DNA of 64,000 bases. Origin: Corallochytrium limacisporum Hawaii (taxonomy: Eukaryota > Protista > Pluriformea). The stretch is from contig PDIP01000018.1 of the NCBI GenBank assembly GCA_002811645.1, forward strand, positions 83,609 to 147,608, given 5' to 3'. The notes beneath the pieces were generated by a model, which was not told the DNA's origin, did no database searches, and saw only the letters and a program-made list of their open reading frames with translations. A program made the translations under genes and the position numbers. Of this stretch, positions 21,101 through 31,028 are shown one piece after another (the first letter of the stretch is position 1; each line of letters starts with the position of its first letter).

Positions 21101-24100
21101 TGGACCCGAACTCAGCGCCTGGTGCGGCAGAATCACATATTCTTCCCGACGATACAAATGTTGGATGCACTGTTTGATATCCACGAGGTTGTCCTCGGTG
21201 GACGGGACACAGATAAAGTCAAATTTGTCCGAGGAGCTCCTGATCTTGGCATGGAGTTTTTGCAGTCACTATTGCAGTATTTGGCCGGGGACGAGATTAC
21301 CACGGCCCCCGCGACCAGCAGAGGCGGCCTCAGAAGCGAAAGCGGGATCATTGGTTCATTCAGCAATCGCTCGTCATCGTTCTCGATCAACAGTGCAGCG
21401 TTCGGATTTGGCATGCTCAATGACGGCACCACAACTGCGGAGCGCTTTCGGCAGCATAGCATGGCAACCCGTCAGATAATCGCTGTATTGCATCGCATGC
21501 AGCGCAATTCTCGTGGATGGCCAAACGGCGCCTGTCATAGTACACTGGAGTGGGCGCTGAGAAGACTGCAGAGGTTGGGTAATTTCAGTCCGTTGAGTCC
21601 CTGCGCCTCCTCTTACGAATTGTTACTGAATTTCGTCTTTTTGAGTGCTGTCGAAGCGAAGCATATTCCGCGGACATCGAAGGCCAGGCGCACATGTCAA
21701 AGGTTAGTTGCCAGTGTCTGCAAGCTGCTGCTTGATCGGGTCATCCTCTTATGGAGGCCTGACCTAGATCCGGATGGTGAAGCAGCGCAAGAATTTGTTC
21801 GTGTCTGGACCGATTTCTGTATTGTAACGGAACAGATTCCTTTGGAACAGCGGGTAGCAGTGGACAGTCTGCTCGAACGGATCGTGTCACTGGCATCCGG
21901 TCTGGTTGATGGAGGAGACGTCGGTGTGAGCTTTTTTGCCAGCGTCAACCTTCTCTTGCAGCCTTCCCTAGCATACGATGTTAACCTTGCTACTGAATTA
22001 GAGAACCTGCTGTCCAAGCTCATCAGCCGAGCTATCGACCGCACCGATGGTCACGCGGCGCAGCACTGCGCATTGGCGATCTCGGTTATTCGCATGCTTA
22101 AGTATCCCTTGAGCAAAACAGTGCTTTTCCAACTGTTTGATAGCATTCCGGTGCTTTTGCGCATGCGGGACCGGGTTGCACCTTTCTTCAGTACCAACTT
22201 CCTCAATGGTACGTCTGGCTCAGGAGCCACCGCAGAAGAGGATGCACTGACCATAATGCGCTCTCTTTGCTCGGTATACGCGACAATGTGCGTGTCAACG
22301 CGACCGGACGGCAACGAAGAGCTAAACAACCGCTTTATTGTAGCCCCGAAACGCTGCCGCTTGAAGGATCAGGGCAGCCCTGGCAGCGAACCGCACTGTC
22401 TGTATCAAGGGGTCTTCCTGGAATTCAGCACCTGGTGGGAAGCAACTTGGCAGAAACTTCATCTCGAGGACACCAGCCGATCTCATTCCCACAAAAACAT
22501 GGCTGAGCGCACACAGTTCACGGGAGACTACACAGAATCTGGAGTAGACATTGATGCATACTACGTGCACTCTGCTGCTCTACACTTCGTTGAGATCTGG
22601 AGTGGTCTCGCCGGCGGCGTTCCACTGGTATCGCAGGTGCCACCGAAACATGGATTAGGAACCCCCACCAAAAGTGAATTGGAGACTTCATCCAAGGGTT
22701 CCTCTGAAGAGGACTGGCAACTCGTTTTTGAGAATTTTTTGATGTCGCAGCAAGACGATGTCGTGGAACAAGGTGGCGATCATATGGATTTGGACCTAGC
22801 ATTGCAACATCACGTTGCCTGGGACATCTTGGCGCAATGCACCTCAACCTGCTCGCCCCTGCTACGTATCCTCAGCAACGGCAGTGGCAATGATGAGGAA
22901 ATAACTATGGCCAATCTGTGCTTCCGCACTTTCCAGGACAGAATTTTCCATCTGATCATTGGCTGGGTACGGCAGGAGCTACAGGGCATTGGAGCAGCGA
23001 TTGCCCTACTGCAGGAACACGGTATTGCAATTGAAGGCGTGAACGCCGGTCCTCGCGTTTCGCTCTACGGCGCCTCGCCGGACAATTCCTTGGAGCCAGG
23101 CTCACTGCTGTCACCGCCCCACATCGGGATGACGATAATTCCTCGGTGCGCCATGCTCACGGTGCTCTACGACCCTTTCATCAAAAGCCTGGCCCTGATG
23201 CGAATGGACGCGGACGGTCGCAGTGAGTGTCTGCACGCCCTGATCACCACAGCGACCTACGCCGCCTCCATTCTGCCATCCGGACATCCGGGTCTTCTGA
23301 GCATCCGCAACCTCGCCATAGATGTGTCAACTCAGCAACTCCTGCGACCGCATGCCCGCCCAAGTCCGTTCCGCAGCATTGAGACCAAGGTGGCAATCTT
23401 GTTGTCCATGGGCATCAAGACGCTGTGTGATGGTCAGGCGTTGGCGCTGCTCAGGGAGCAACAGTGTGGCAGACCGGGCGCCAGAGGGAAGTACGTGGCC
23501 GACAGCAGTCGCACGGATGTCATTCGACGAACGTGGCAGGCTTTGGATTGTGCATTGTGTCTCATGAATCAGCGCATGATTGTGGGGCTGCGCCTTACAG
23601 CGCTGTGGTGCATGGCGCGCCTCTTGAGTGTAATTCCGCTGGTTTTGGACAGCAGTGAAATGAGCATGACCGGCATAAGCGTGTCTGAGGAGACTAGCAT
23701 GTCGAAGAATGGTTATTCAAATTTGTTGGCCACCGCAAGAGAAGCATGGCAATGTTTACGTGGTATTGCCACAGACCCGTCCCACGTTTTCCGCCGGTTT
23801 GCAAGGCAGGTTGTGGCGCTGACGTGCCCGGGAAGCCTTGGGGACGGACTTTTGCATGCGGAACTAGAAGAGTTTCTTCTTAATCCGTGGCTGGTGAGCA
23901 ACCGCGCTCGAAACCTGCTTCTGCAGCCAATGCAGCAAGGCACTGGTAGTAATCCACTCGTTTCTCACAATGAGAACAGCGTTGTGAGTGCAGTGCAGCG
24001 GCTGTTCCGATACCATGCCATGCAATTCGATGCATGTCATCCGCTGCGGACCGAGGACGTCTTTCCATACCTTTGGGCTATGCGTAGCACCCCACCACAG

Positions 24101-25123
24101 GACGAGGGAGCCAGCCACGGACCAAGCCGCGGAAGTTACGGCGCCGGTGCTAGCAGCCATAGCAATGCACGCGGCACTCCCCACCAGAGTCAGAGTCTGC
24201 CCATCCCGCAACACTCATCGCACCTTATGCGCCGGATCATTGATGGCAGCAAGGCCATGGATCCGAAAGGAAGCCTTATGCCCCCGTTGGTGAGCGGAAA
24301 TCCGACCAGCGCACCTGGTGGTGTCGTCACCTTGGCATCGTCGTCAGTGGAACGAGAGCCTTCGCCCCCTGGAGCGCGAGGACCGGGATCTGGATTGGAG
24401 GCTGCCATGGGTGTGAGCGCACTCCGCGACTCGCTGAACATTGCAATGCCTCCCCCGCCAGGCACGACAGACCCGGAACTGGCTGTGTCCATCGACGATG
24501 TTGACTCGGAAGAGGACGTCGTTGATCCAACGGAGGTGATGGTTGATGAGATTGACGTTACTCCTCCTACAGCCCTACGAATGTCCGCTGAAGAGGAAGC
24601 TGACGAGCTGGCAGCACTTGAAGCAACCGAGGCATTAGAAATCGGGGACAACAACACCATTGGTCCGAAGAAGCAACGTGATCCTTCACCAGATCCTCCA
24701 CAAGATCGACAGCACGGCGAGAACCCGAATGCAGCTGTTGGTGAACCTGCTGCGACAGAGCCTGACGAACCCAAGCAAACATCCGCGTCGACGACCCCCG
24801 TTGTTGCTGTAGAAGATTCACGACAGTCACCGCCGGAGGTGCCCCAATCGGTAGCGGCCGTCGATCTTGGCACAACGGCGCAAACCGTGCCCCTTGGCGG
24901 ACTGCGAGGCAACCGGCGGCCGCACCGGCCCGCAACCGGAGCTGTCGGGGACCGTGGGGCACGACCGGGCGGTCCTGGGCGTTCCCAAAGCGCCACCGCG
25001 GCACTTGAGTCATTTTACAATGACCTGGGCGCGGACCAGGACGACGAGGTCGAGTATCTGTACATCCGGGATGAACTAGACCGCCTCGCTGATGAAGAGG
25101 ACGATGACTCAGTTGACACGTGA
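18182..25123 (+). CDS. Very large hypothetical protein, probable HEAT/ARM-like alpha-solenoid
   Basis: Uninterrupted ORF of more than 2300 codons. Leu-rich helical segments (e.g. HPYEVIRTASLHCLEHLL) alternate with disordered regions. No family recognised. First ATG is at 18182. Confidence 0.85.
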   Translation: MIAERRVLFDGFIPFRKQDTTDPQPDWSTLTGWYVDKKTRRITARILIRHVALVTAIGIRGDSASRLQFEGCQFFLDISGFHGTAASEQAEAEVFDADQEASLATTVPSFGGVTWSKQSTLPVPGFEEDKGLVFHVAGAGKLIDICFSLPEDLGAIDERRVSSWCVVLDGFPAYALPPSREHIQLLNVTRAFQLDLVQHHKKFEAVKAKEEKVKGVTEQQPNLTLSESPHLAVTLLLSAQSLLGARKYRQAIEFLRTYIAAVESDPLLIESGGSPSSDRYGSPEFRPEDDSELEKGINEDFSRHGSDPYRTAQQRKRTSGKSSKRNSYLNDRQHSPLTLPSGSWPGRNVLGPQSSRSSGSMQPASVHSLSGLRWKPPAWSSGAYSFFETQSVPNAKAARRAQRGSRGTPPEVEEKDRSNIETVKEAHENLIRQPAMGPCNTAMAKWREMMRPVDSGVGEGTNCLREQRVNQRPPNGENHTAEQSWSASSNGLKWSEGEYWSPYQHNIISVEEPRVDTVRAEGTKIGRPDIASTSVEPDEHAAGIVEFIEDLEEPDACMSEHGIWFGEMLLPTADHARLIVADAHFRRGADHHWLSVLLEAAGRPPHLRAHLPHANDGRIGDAVDEVLHHGIVGQEPLRPEDLREVTICLGGALCAAIDHPYEVIRTASLHCLEHLLQLYPSAVGMLASPMVLSLAKAAPPVRLARGMIIQNGHLTSRSNGNGNGPPRPNRSKAGRAVRGSLGPLGSPREQVVDVNEPLRGSGAGEALQLHISDGMPSHSSEQGGQLKQGLGLHDEVLAEEGMEDHVGRTGILHSRLSRMNRDNSLTWQAFAELRTTSMYTVLQHNRQFASMLELLPSLNPEIMQSLFGALIQLLVHPPIPDYAPVAAVYSRTKWVAKENDHEEEAAMIEDFLWGLGSGYETYFEGYDGVVREARDLSAQAMSSIQKACLKAARMVMMGRRGFQTVDDADASQNWTRTQRLVRQNHIFFPTIQMLDALFDIHEVVLGGRDTDKVKFVRGAPDLGMEFLQSLLQYLAGDEITTAPATSRGGLRSESGIIGSFSNRSSSFSINSAAFGFGMLNDGTTTAERFRQHSMATRQIIAVLHRMQRNSRGWPNGACHSTLEWALRRLQRLGNFSPLSPCASSYELLLNFVFLSAVEAKHIPRTSKARRTCQRLVASVCKLLLDRVILLWRPDLDPDGEAAQEFVRVWTDFCIVTEQIPLEQRVAVDSLLERIVSLASGLVDGGDVGVSFFASVNLLLQPSLAYDVNLATELENLLSKLISRAIDRTDGHAAQHCALAISVIRMLKYPLSKTVLFQLFDSIPVLLRMRDRVAPFFSTNFLNGTSGSGATAEEDALTIMRSLCSVYATMCVSTRPDGNEELNNRFIVAPKRCRLKDQGSPGSEPHCLYQGVFLEFSTWWEATWQKLHLEDTSRSHSHKNMAERTQFTGDYTESGVDIDAYYVHSAALHFVEIWSGLAGGVPLVSQVPPKHGLGTPTKSELETSSKGSSEEDWQLVFENFLMSQQDDVVEQGGDHMDLDLALQHHVAWDILAQCTSTCSPLLRILSNGSGNDEEITMANLCFRTFQDRIFHLIIGWVRQELQGIGAAIALLQEHGIAIEGVNAGPRVSLYGASPDNSLEPGSLLSPPHIGMTIIPRCAMLTVLYDPFIKSLALMRMDADGRSECLHALITTATYAASILPSGHPGLLSIRNLAIDVSTQQLLRPHARPSPFRSIETKVAILLSMGIKTLCDGQALALLREQQCGRPGARGKYVADSSRTDVIRRTWQALDCALCLMNQRMIVGLRLTALWCMARLLSVIPLVLDSSEMSMTGISVSEETSMSKNGYSNLLATAREAWQCLRGIATDPSHVFRRFARQVVALTCPGSLGDGLLHAELEEFLLNPWLVSNRARNLLLQPMQQGTGSNPLVSHNENSVVSAVQRLFRYHAMQFDACHPLRTEDVFPYLWAMRSTPPQDEGASHGPSRGSYGAGASSHSNARGTPHQSQSLPIPQHSSHLMRRIIDGSKAMDPKGSLMPPLVSGNPTSAPGGVVTLASSSVEREPSPPGARGPGSGLEAAMGVSALRDSLNIAMPPPPGTTDPELAVSIDDVDSEEDVVDPTEVMVDEIDVTPPTALRMSAEEEADELAALEATEALEIGDNNTIGPKKQRDPSPDPPQDRQHGENPNAAVGEPAATEPDEPKQTSASTTPVVAVEDSRQSPPEVPQSVAAVDLGTTAQTVPLGGLRGNRRPHRPATGAVGDRGARPGGPGRSQSATAALESFYNDLGADQDDEVEYLYIRDELDRLADEEDDDSVDT

Positions 25124-25228
25124 ATCGACACCCGTCACGCGCATTCAGTCCAAATATTCTAATATCTATATAACATGTAATAGTTCCAATTTTGTAAGCG
25201 ATTGCGATTATTTCGTGGCCTTCAACTC

Positions 25229-26341
25229 TCACTGTTCCTCAAGAGAATCCGCGCCACGTAGTCTATGGTACGACCCGGCACCACCTTGTGTCGCTGACCG
25301 CCCGCTGTTGCGGCGCTGCCGCGTGTTCTCCAGCGGCAGAGCGGGCGACCGGTCATGGTTGACATTGCTGTGGAGGTTCGATCCAGTGGTATGACTGTTG
25401 CTACTGTTGTGGTGATCCGACGATGGGGAGAAGTGGCTGGCCACATCGACCTGGCTCGCCACAAAGTACCGAATACATGCACTGCCACACTCGGCGCAGA
25501 ATTTCTGGCTCTGTTTCAGGGTGCAGCCGCAATTTGCGCAGAAACCGCCTTTGTCTTTGCCAGTCAGGCGCTCTAAAAGCGAATGGCTCTCCGTCGGTTC
25601 CACCCCGTTGTCTTCGTCGTCCAAAGTGCCGGGACGGATGCGGAAAGACTGCACGCTGCGAGTCAGGCGGGACAGTTGGAGCCATTGCGTAATCATGATC
25701 GCCACGCAAACAACTTGCATCAGCGCAAGAATGATCAGTCCGGCAACAGACACTGGTCCCAGTTCAACTTTCTCAAGATGTACTTCCACTGGTGTCTTTG
25801 GACTGTCCAAATGGATTGCCATGGGAAATTTCTTGCCCGTCATTGTCAAATCCATTGGCATAGATCCCGATTGCATGTCAATGTCCATAGAAGTGGTTTG
25901 GGTATCCATGGTCAGGTTCATGGGCGTGGATTTTGAATTCAGGTTTACATTCATGGGTGCCTTATCAACCTTGAGTGTCACATTGAACGGGACCGTATTG
26001 GAGTTCATGTTAATGTCAAAGTTCTGCTTGTCGGCGCTCAGCGCGACATCCATGTTGGTTTGGTTAATGTCAAAGTTAACGGCCATTTGTACATTCTGAC
26101 TGCTCACCCCCATATCGATCGCGGGCAGGTCCATCTCGGCCACGGCCATTTCCACATGTGTAACATTGATCTGTGAAATAATGTCGAGGACAGTTTGCTC
26201 AATGCCTTTGCGGATTGCGTCTTCAATGCCGAAGTCGACACCAAAATTGCCTACAGCATTCTGCAGCTGTGCCACTGCCGCTGTTACGGCAAGGTTTGCC
26301 AAAAATAGGTATCTACTGTGCATTATTTCCTTTGTTCCCAT
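25229..26341 (-). CDS. Type I membrane protein with 11-aa repeats and cytoplasmic zinc ribbon
   Basis: Signal-like N-terminus (YLFLANLAVTAAVA), about 11 tandem 11-mers, a TM helix (VAGLIILALMQVVCVAIMI), then FCANCG...KFCAECG. Confidence 0.82.
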   Translation of the reverse strand: MGTKEIMHSRYLFLANLAVTAAVAQLQNAVGNFGVDFGIEDAIRKGIEQTVLDIISQINVTHVEMAVAEMDLPAIDMGVSSQNVQMAVNFDINQTNMDVALSADKQNFDINMNSNTVPFNVTLKVDKAPMNVNLNSKSTPMNLTMDTQTTSMDIDMQSGSMPMDLTMTGKKFPMAIHLDSPKTPVEVHLEKVELGPVSVAGLIILALMQVVCVAIMITQWLQLSRLTRSVQSFRIRPGTLDDEDNGVEPTESHSLLERLTGKDKGGFCANCGCTLKQSQKFCAECGSACIRYFVASQVDVASHFSPSSDHHNSSNSHTTGSNLHSNVNHDRSPALPLENTRQRRNSGRSATQGGAGSYHRLRGADSLEEQ

Positions 26342-26745
26342 ATGTTCTTGTCCTTTATTTTCCTTTACGATCCGCAGTATTTGTACGTTCCGGAGGTCAT
26401 CCCGGGTCGGCGACTAGAGGTATCCCTTCCGCTACAGATTTCAAATGTGTGACAATTATAGTGACACAGGTTTTGTCGTGACCTTCAATACCTTTCATGG
26501 AAGCTGTCGATCTCATTTCCCCCAGAAACTCATCCTTTGCAAGCCTCCAAAGTCTACACACAAGAACCTCCGGCTCTCGACGGCGACGAGTGAAGCGTAA
26601 CGAAACGTCCGTCGAATCACTTCAGGGCCGCGGATCTGCCCCCGTTATTTTTTTGTGAACCGGACCCGAACGACGGAATAACGCGGCCCCAGTCGGTTTA
26701 GGGCGAGGCCGACCGTATTATAGCGTAATCCACACTCTTACAATT

Positions 26746-26856
26746 CCGAAAGGCGGACCACCAACCCAGCGAAATCTTCTCCCCCCCCCCCCAAAACCGT
26801 CCGAAAGGCGGACCACCAACCCAGCGAAATCTTCTCCCCACCCCCCCCAAAACCGT
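26746..26856. repeat. 55/56-bp direct tandem duplication
   Basis: ccgaaaggcggaccaccaacccagcgaaatcttct-C(n)-aaaaccgt occurs twice, differing only in the C run. May be an assembly overlap artefact. Confidence 0.85.
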
Positions 26857-28072
26857 CGGGCGGTGATGGGGTGGGTGAGGTACGGCGGTACCGGTGGTAC
26901 TGGCTGTTTTCCTTTCTTACTCTTTTGCTTTTGGAGAGGGGGTGGGGAGAGGAGAGAGAGAGAGGGAGCCGCTTGCGTGCCTACTGGCCCCCCCCCTCTC
27001 TCGGTCTCTCTGCCTGTGTGCCCCCCACTCCCTGCCCCGGCTCCGCACCGTAGTCGTGCCGGCTGCGGACGAGGAGGGGGTCCGGCCAAGGCCCGGGAAG
27101 AGAGAGAGAGAGAGGGTCCTGCTGGCTCTTTAAAAAACTAATCCTTCCCCGTACCATTACTTATTTAAAATCGGACAGAAAATTAGACTCCCAAATACGA
27201 TGAAGTAACTCGGAAAATTTGGACTCCCAGCCTTCTCATGCAAAAATCTCTCCATCTTCTCTGGTCGAGCCTCCGTTTCTCTGTGTTTGGTTAAACAACA
27301 CACACCCACCCCTCCATTCTTCGAACTTCTCCCTCTCTTTTAAATCACCCAGTCCTCCAAGGCTTCTTCTTAAGGCGGTGGAATCTGTCCAGACTCTCTA
27401 AAAATAGAGCAGGCAGTGAATGCCTTGAAAAAGGACGACAAGGGACCGTACGCAGAGGAGGAGTCCCTGGTCCCATAGTCCCATTCGCGGGTCAAGGGTT
27501 TAAGTGTGCACAATCGACTGGGAAGGGTTTTCGTCGTGCTTTCCATTTCGGTTTCTACTTACTAGGTCAGGTGGTTGGCATTCGTACCTTAATAGATCAT
27601 CAAAGGACAAAGACCGCGGCATCTATCCTGTCCGTTTGTTATTGGAATGTCGCGTTGGCTGTTGCGAGTTATCGGAGATTTGTCACCGGCGCCCACAGAA
27701 CAGAACGCCTTGCTCCAAAATTAGGGAGATGGCAGCCCCGTGCGTAGGCCTGGTTGGCATCGGCCGGGTTCATCCATTATTCATCAACACTCCTCCGGAG
27801 CAACGAGGGTCGCAGTAAACCTGAGGTAGTACGCCTGGGTGCGGCTTCCTTGGGACTCCCAATGCGTAGCGGGTTCAAGTCAGCTTCGTACGGACCGGGC
27901 GGGGCTAAGATTATCACCCACACAACAGGACAAGCACTAGAGCAGATCCGCAATCGTGCGCACGCACAGATCCTTAGCTATTTCAATAAACGAGAGTAAA
28001 ATGGTTCCGTCAGACTATACAACAGACTGAATCAGGTTTGAACGTTAGCGAGCTAATTCACTACAGATAACC

Positions 28073-29194
28073 ATGGCATCCAACTATCCTACTAGCATGA
28101 AGGCATGGCTCCTCAAGAAGGATGTCGACCCTGCGATCAAACGCAATAGGATCGCCCTTGAAACCATTCCTGTACCCAAATTGGAGCCTGATGAGGTTTT
28201 GGTCAAGCTCAGTGCTGCTGCCCTAAACCACCGTGACGAGTGGCAGCGTATGGGCATGTACCCGGGTATTGTCTTTGACGTGGTCCAGGGCGCCGATGGT
28301 AGTGGTGTCATCGAAGCTCTTGGCTCCAAGGTTGACACCGAAAGCAAAGCCTTCCTCCACAAGGGCAGCCGCGTAATCGTCGATGGCACGTTCAACTTTG
28401 GCACCGACCGCATGCACATTCTTGGCATGCCCGTAAACGGGACTTTTGCACAGTATGTTATCTTGCCAGCGGCTAACGTGTACCCCTGTCCCCAGCACTT
28501 GAGTAGTGAGGAGGCCGCCGCCTTACCTCTGGCCGGTCTGACTGCCTACCGCGCTGTTGTGACAAAGGGTGAGGTGGGTCCGGGATCCAAGGTTCTCGTT
28601 ACTGGTGTCGGTGGGGGTGTGGCCATCCAAGCAGTACAACTTGTGATCGCTCTGGGCGCGGAAGTCTGGGTCACAAGCAGCAGTGAGGAGAAGATCCGCC
28701 GGGCTGTGGCCATGGGTGCCAAGGGCGGCACAAACTACCGCAAGGCCGCTGCCTCAGCCAAAAACACCCGTGGAGGTGCGAGCGGTGCGCTGGCAGTGGC
28801 TATCGGGCGCGAGAGCGGTTGGGGTGGTGAGTTCGACTGTGTCATCGACGGCAGTGCTGGTGAAGGGCTGAACGCGTATGTTCGTCTGGTACGAGTCGGT
28901 GGCAAGATTGTGAGCTATGGTGTGACGGCAGGTGTGCCCAAGAACTTTGGGGTGGCACCGATGTTCCTGAAAAACGTGGACTTGTGCGGCACTGCCATGG
29001 GTTCTCCGGAGGAGATGGCTGCGCTGGTGTCGCTGGTGAAGCGGGCAAAGATTGTGCCGGTGATTGACAGCGTAGAACCCTTCGAGAAGCTTGACAAGCA
29101 ATTTGCGAAGATGCGCGCAGCCGATCAATTTGGTAAGCTTGTAGTGAGGATTAACCCATCCATTGGCTGGACAGGTACCAAAAACAAGATCTAA
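28073..29194 (+). CDS. MDR-family NAD(P)H:quinone oxidoreductase / alcohol dehydrogenase-like
   Basis: EVLVKLSAAALNHRD, GADGSGVI, AAALPLAGLTAYRA, Rossmann VLVTGVGGGVA and C-terminal QFGKLVV. Confidence 0.9.
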   Translation: MASNYPTSMKAWLLKKDVDPAIKRNRIALETIPVPKLEPDEVLVKLSAAALNHRDEWQRMGMYPGIVFDVVQGADGSGVIEALGSKVDTESKAFLHKGSRVIVDGTFNFGTDRMHILGMPVNGTFAQYVILPAANVYPCPQHLSSEEAAALPLAGLTAYRAVVTKGEVGPGSKVLVTGVGGGVAIQAVQLVIALGAEVWVTSSSEEKIRRAVAMGAKGGTNYRKAAASAKNTRGGASGALAVAIGRESGWGGEFDCVIDGSAGEGLNAYVRLVRVGGKIVSYGVTAGVPKNFGVAPMFLKNVDLCGTAMGSPEEMAALVSLVKRAKIVPVIDSVEPFEKLDKQFAKMRAADQFGKLVVRINPSIGWTGTKNKI

Positions 29195-29331
29195 GACAAG
29201 ACCAATACCACCATGCAAACAAAGTCGATTGACTCTTGTATATAAAGACCTGTACGCATAGACTGCTTGTATATCAAAGAGAGTAAAAACGATGTTCGTG
29301 ATGTGAGGGGAAAACTACCCTTTGAGTTGGT

Positions 29332-30930
29332 TTACAGGCGCTTCAGATTCCTCTGGGTGGCCTCCTGCTTGGCTTTCCGGCTGATACGAGGGTAGCGACG
29401 ATGCACCGGCTTCACAGATTCAATGGGAGTAGCAACGTCTTCCACGCCTGTGACGGCTGCAGTGGGCGTGCTTTGGGCGTTCGCTAAGTTGGTCAGGGCC
29501 ATGCGACGGATGTCGTCCTGGCCATCGCTGCTGCCCAGAGAACTGCGCAGTGGAGTGTCCTTCTTGTCAATGATTTTTGTCGGAGAAATAGTCCAAGACA
29601 GTGATTCGACGGTCTCCGATTCAGCCTCCACACGCGGGCGCTTTACGCGACCGACCAGACGAGGTGTACCCTGGCGGCAGCCCTGGTGAGCATCCCAGGA
29701 AGCACGCCGGGGGTAGCCATACGGGTGGTGTCGGTGACCGTAGGCACTGCTGCCATCGTTTGTTTTGTCCACAAGTTTGTGACAGGCCACGCAATAGTCG
29801 CGATCGCAGGCCTTACAGTGACGGGTGCAGAGGCCAGTGAGGGGGGACAGCACGGTGCCCCGGTTGAGCGTGGGACTGTTACAGCCGGGGCACGGGAGCT
29901 TGCCACTGGGAGTCTGTTGTTTGGTTGGCAGGAGCTGGCGGCTGACGGCAAGAGTTCGCTCGTCCTCGTCGTCTTCAAGGCCCAGAGAATTATTACCCAT
30001 GAGCTTCGAGGGCACCATTTGCAAGGAGAAGCGTTCCGGGGGAAGTTCCCCGAGGGCCGAACGACCGTGCGCCATGACATCTCTGGTGGTACTGAAGTCC
30101 GCAGCATCTGTGCGTGCCCAATGTTCCTCAAGCCCTTCAGCCAAGACGGAAGGTCGTGCAGTGGTGACAGCCAGGTCGATGTTTTCGATGTCGCTCTGCA
30201 TTGACGAATTCAGATCAACCGCAACGGTACCTTCAGTGTCGGGAACAATGTTCTCGACATCCGCCTTGCTAATGGCAGGAGCTCGGACGGTGCGAGGACT
30301 GTAGGCCTCCTGGCGGGGGCGCAGTGCACCCTGTACTGCCCCGCGCGGATCTGTTCTTTCTCCTTCAATTTGCAGCGTCTGCAGTCTGCGAGTGGCCTCT
30401 ACCATCTTCTGTTCTACCAGTTCCGAATGCTGCTGATCAACTATTTGCTGCTTCAGCATGTTAGCCTGGCGGCTGAAAATCGTGCGCCAGCTGAATCCCT
30501 GAACACTCTTTCCGACAGAACGCGGCAGTGCCGCATTGGCAGTGCTCTGCCTACGGCTCAGAGTTTCCCATAGTTCGCTTTCGCCAAATACTGCGCGCCA
30601 GTGACGATTGACTGCGCTGCACTGGGCTAGGCACCGGGCCAGAGTTGCATCGGATTCCTGGCACAGATCTACCAGTTGCCTGATTATTGTGTCTAAGATC
30701 TCAGCAGGGAGAGTGTCCCACTGTGAACTTGGAACTCTCAGGAAATGTCGTCCACCAAATCCCGAGTCTGGTGTGGCGATCTCGATCTTCTGACGCCTAC
30801 TTACAGAAGCGGGGGAGATGCCGGCGACACCGCTATCGACCGTGCTGGGTGTGACATCCTTTCCTTTACCCTTTGCAGTGATTGGGGTCTCAAAATACAT
30901 GCCAGAAGTGGCGATTTGTTTTCTCGACAT
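29332..30930 (-). CDS. Emi1/Emi2 (FBXO5/FBXO43)-like APC/C inhibitor
   Basis: DSG motifs, F-box (WDTLPAEILDTII...CSAVNRHWR), RxxL boxes, a ZBR-like CPGCNSP...C...CKACDRDYCVAC, and a C-terminal RNLKRL. Confidence 0.8.
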   Translation of the reverse strand: MSRKQIATSGMYFETPITAKGKGKDVTPSTVDSGVAGISPASVSRRQKIEIATPDSGFGGRHFLRVPSSQWDTLPAEILDTIIRQLVDLCQESDATLARCLAQCSAVNRHWRAVFGESELWETLSRRQSTANAALPRSVGKSVQGFSWRTIFSRQANMLKQQIVDQQHSELVEQKMVEATRRLQTLQIEGERTDPRGAVQGALRPRQEAYSPRTVRAPAISKADVENIVPDTEGTVAVDLNSSMQSDIENIDLAVTTARPSVLAEGLEEHWARTDAADFSTTRDVMAHGRSALGELPPERFSLQMVPSKLMGNNSLGLEDDEDERTLAVSRQLLPTKQQTPSGKLPCPGCNSPTLNRGTVLSPLTGLCTRHCKACDRDYCVACHKLVDKTNDGSSAYGHRHHPYGYPRRASWDAHQGCRQGTPRLVGRVKRPRVEAESETVESLSWTISPTKIIDKKDTPLRSSLGSSDGQDDIRRMALTNLANAQSTPTAAVTGVEDVATPIESVKPVHRRYPRISRKAKQEATQRNLKRL

Positions 30931-31028
30931 GTTCTATATATGTGTTTGGTTTGAGCACAGGTGGTAGCCTGTTTCTCGTCTGATCCGTGTGCGCCGACTA
31001 TTTGCTCCCCGTTTCGTTTTGTACGTGC

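Noticed and set aside
26746-26856. Tandem 55-bp repeat as CRISPR or regulatory array
   Set aside because: Only two copies with no spacers, in a eukaryotic context, differing only in a homopolymer. Probably an assembly join.
28053-28075. Acceptor sites just before ATGs as evidence of spliced-leader trans-splicing
   Set aside because: Plausible cis donors exist upstream for most genes, and genes alternate strands rather than forming polycistronic runs. It cannot be supported without cDNA.
29180-29194. C-terminal NKI of the MDR enzyme as peroxisomal PTS1
   Set aside because: Non-canonical tripeptide, insufficient evidence.
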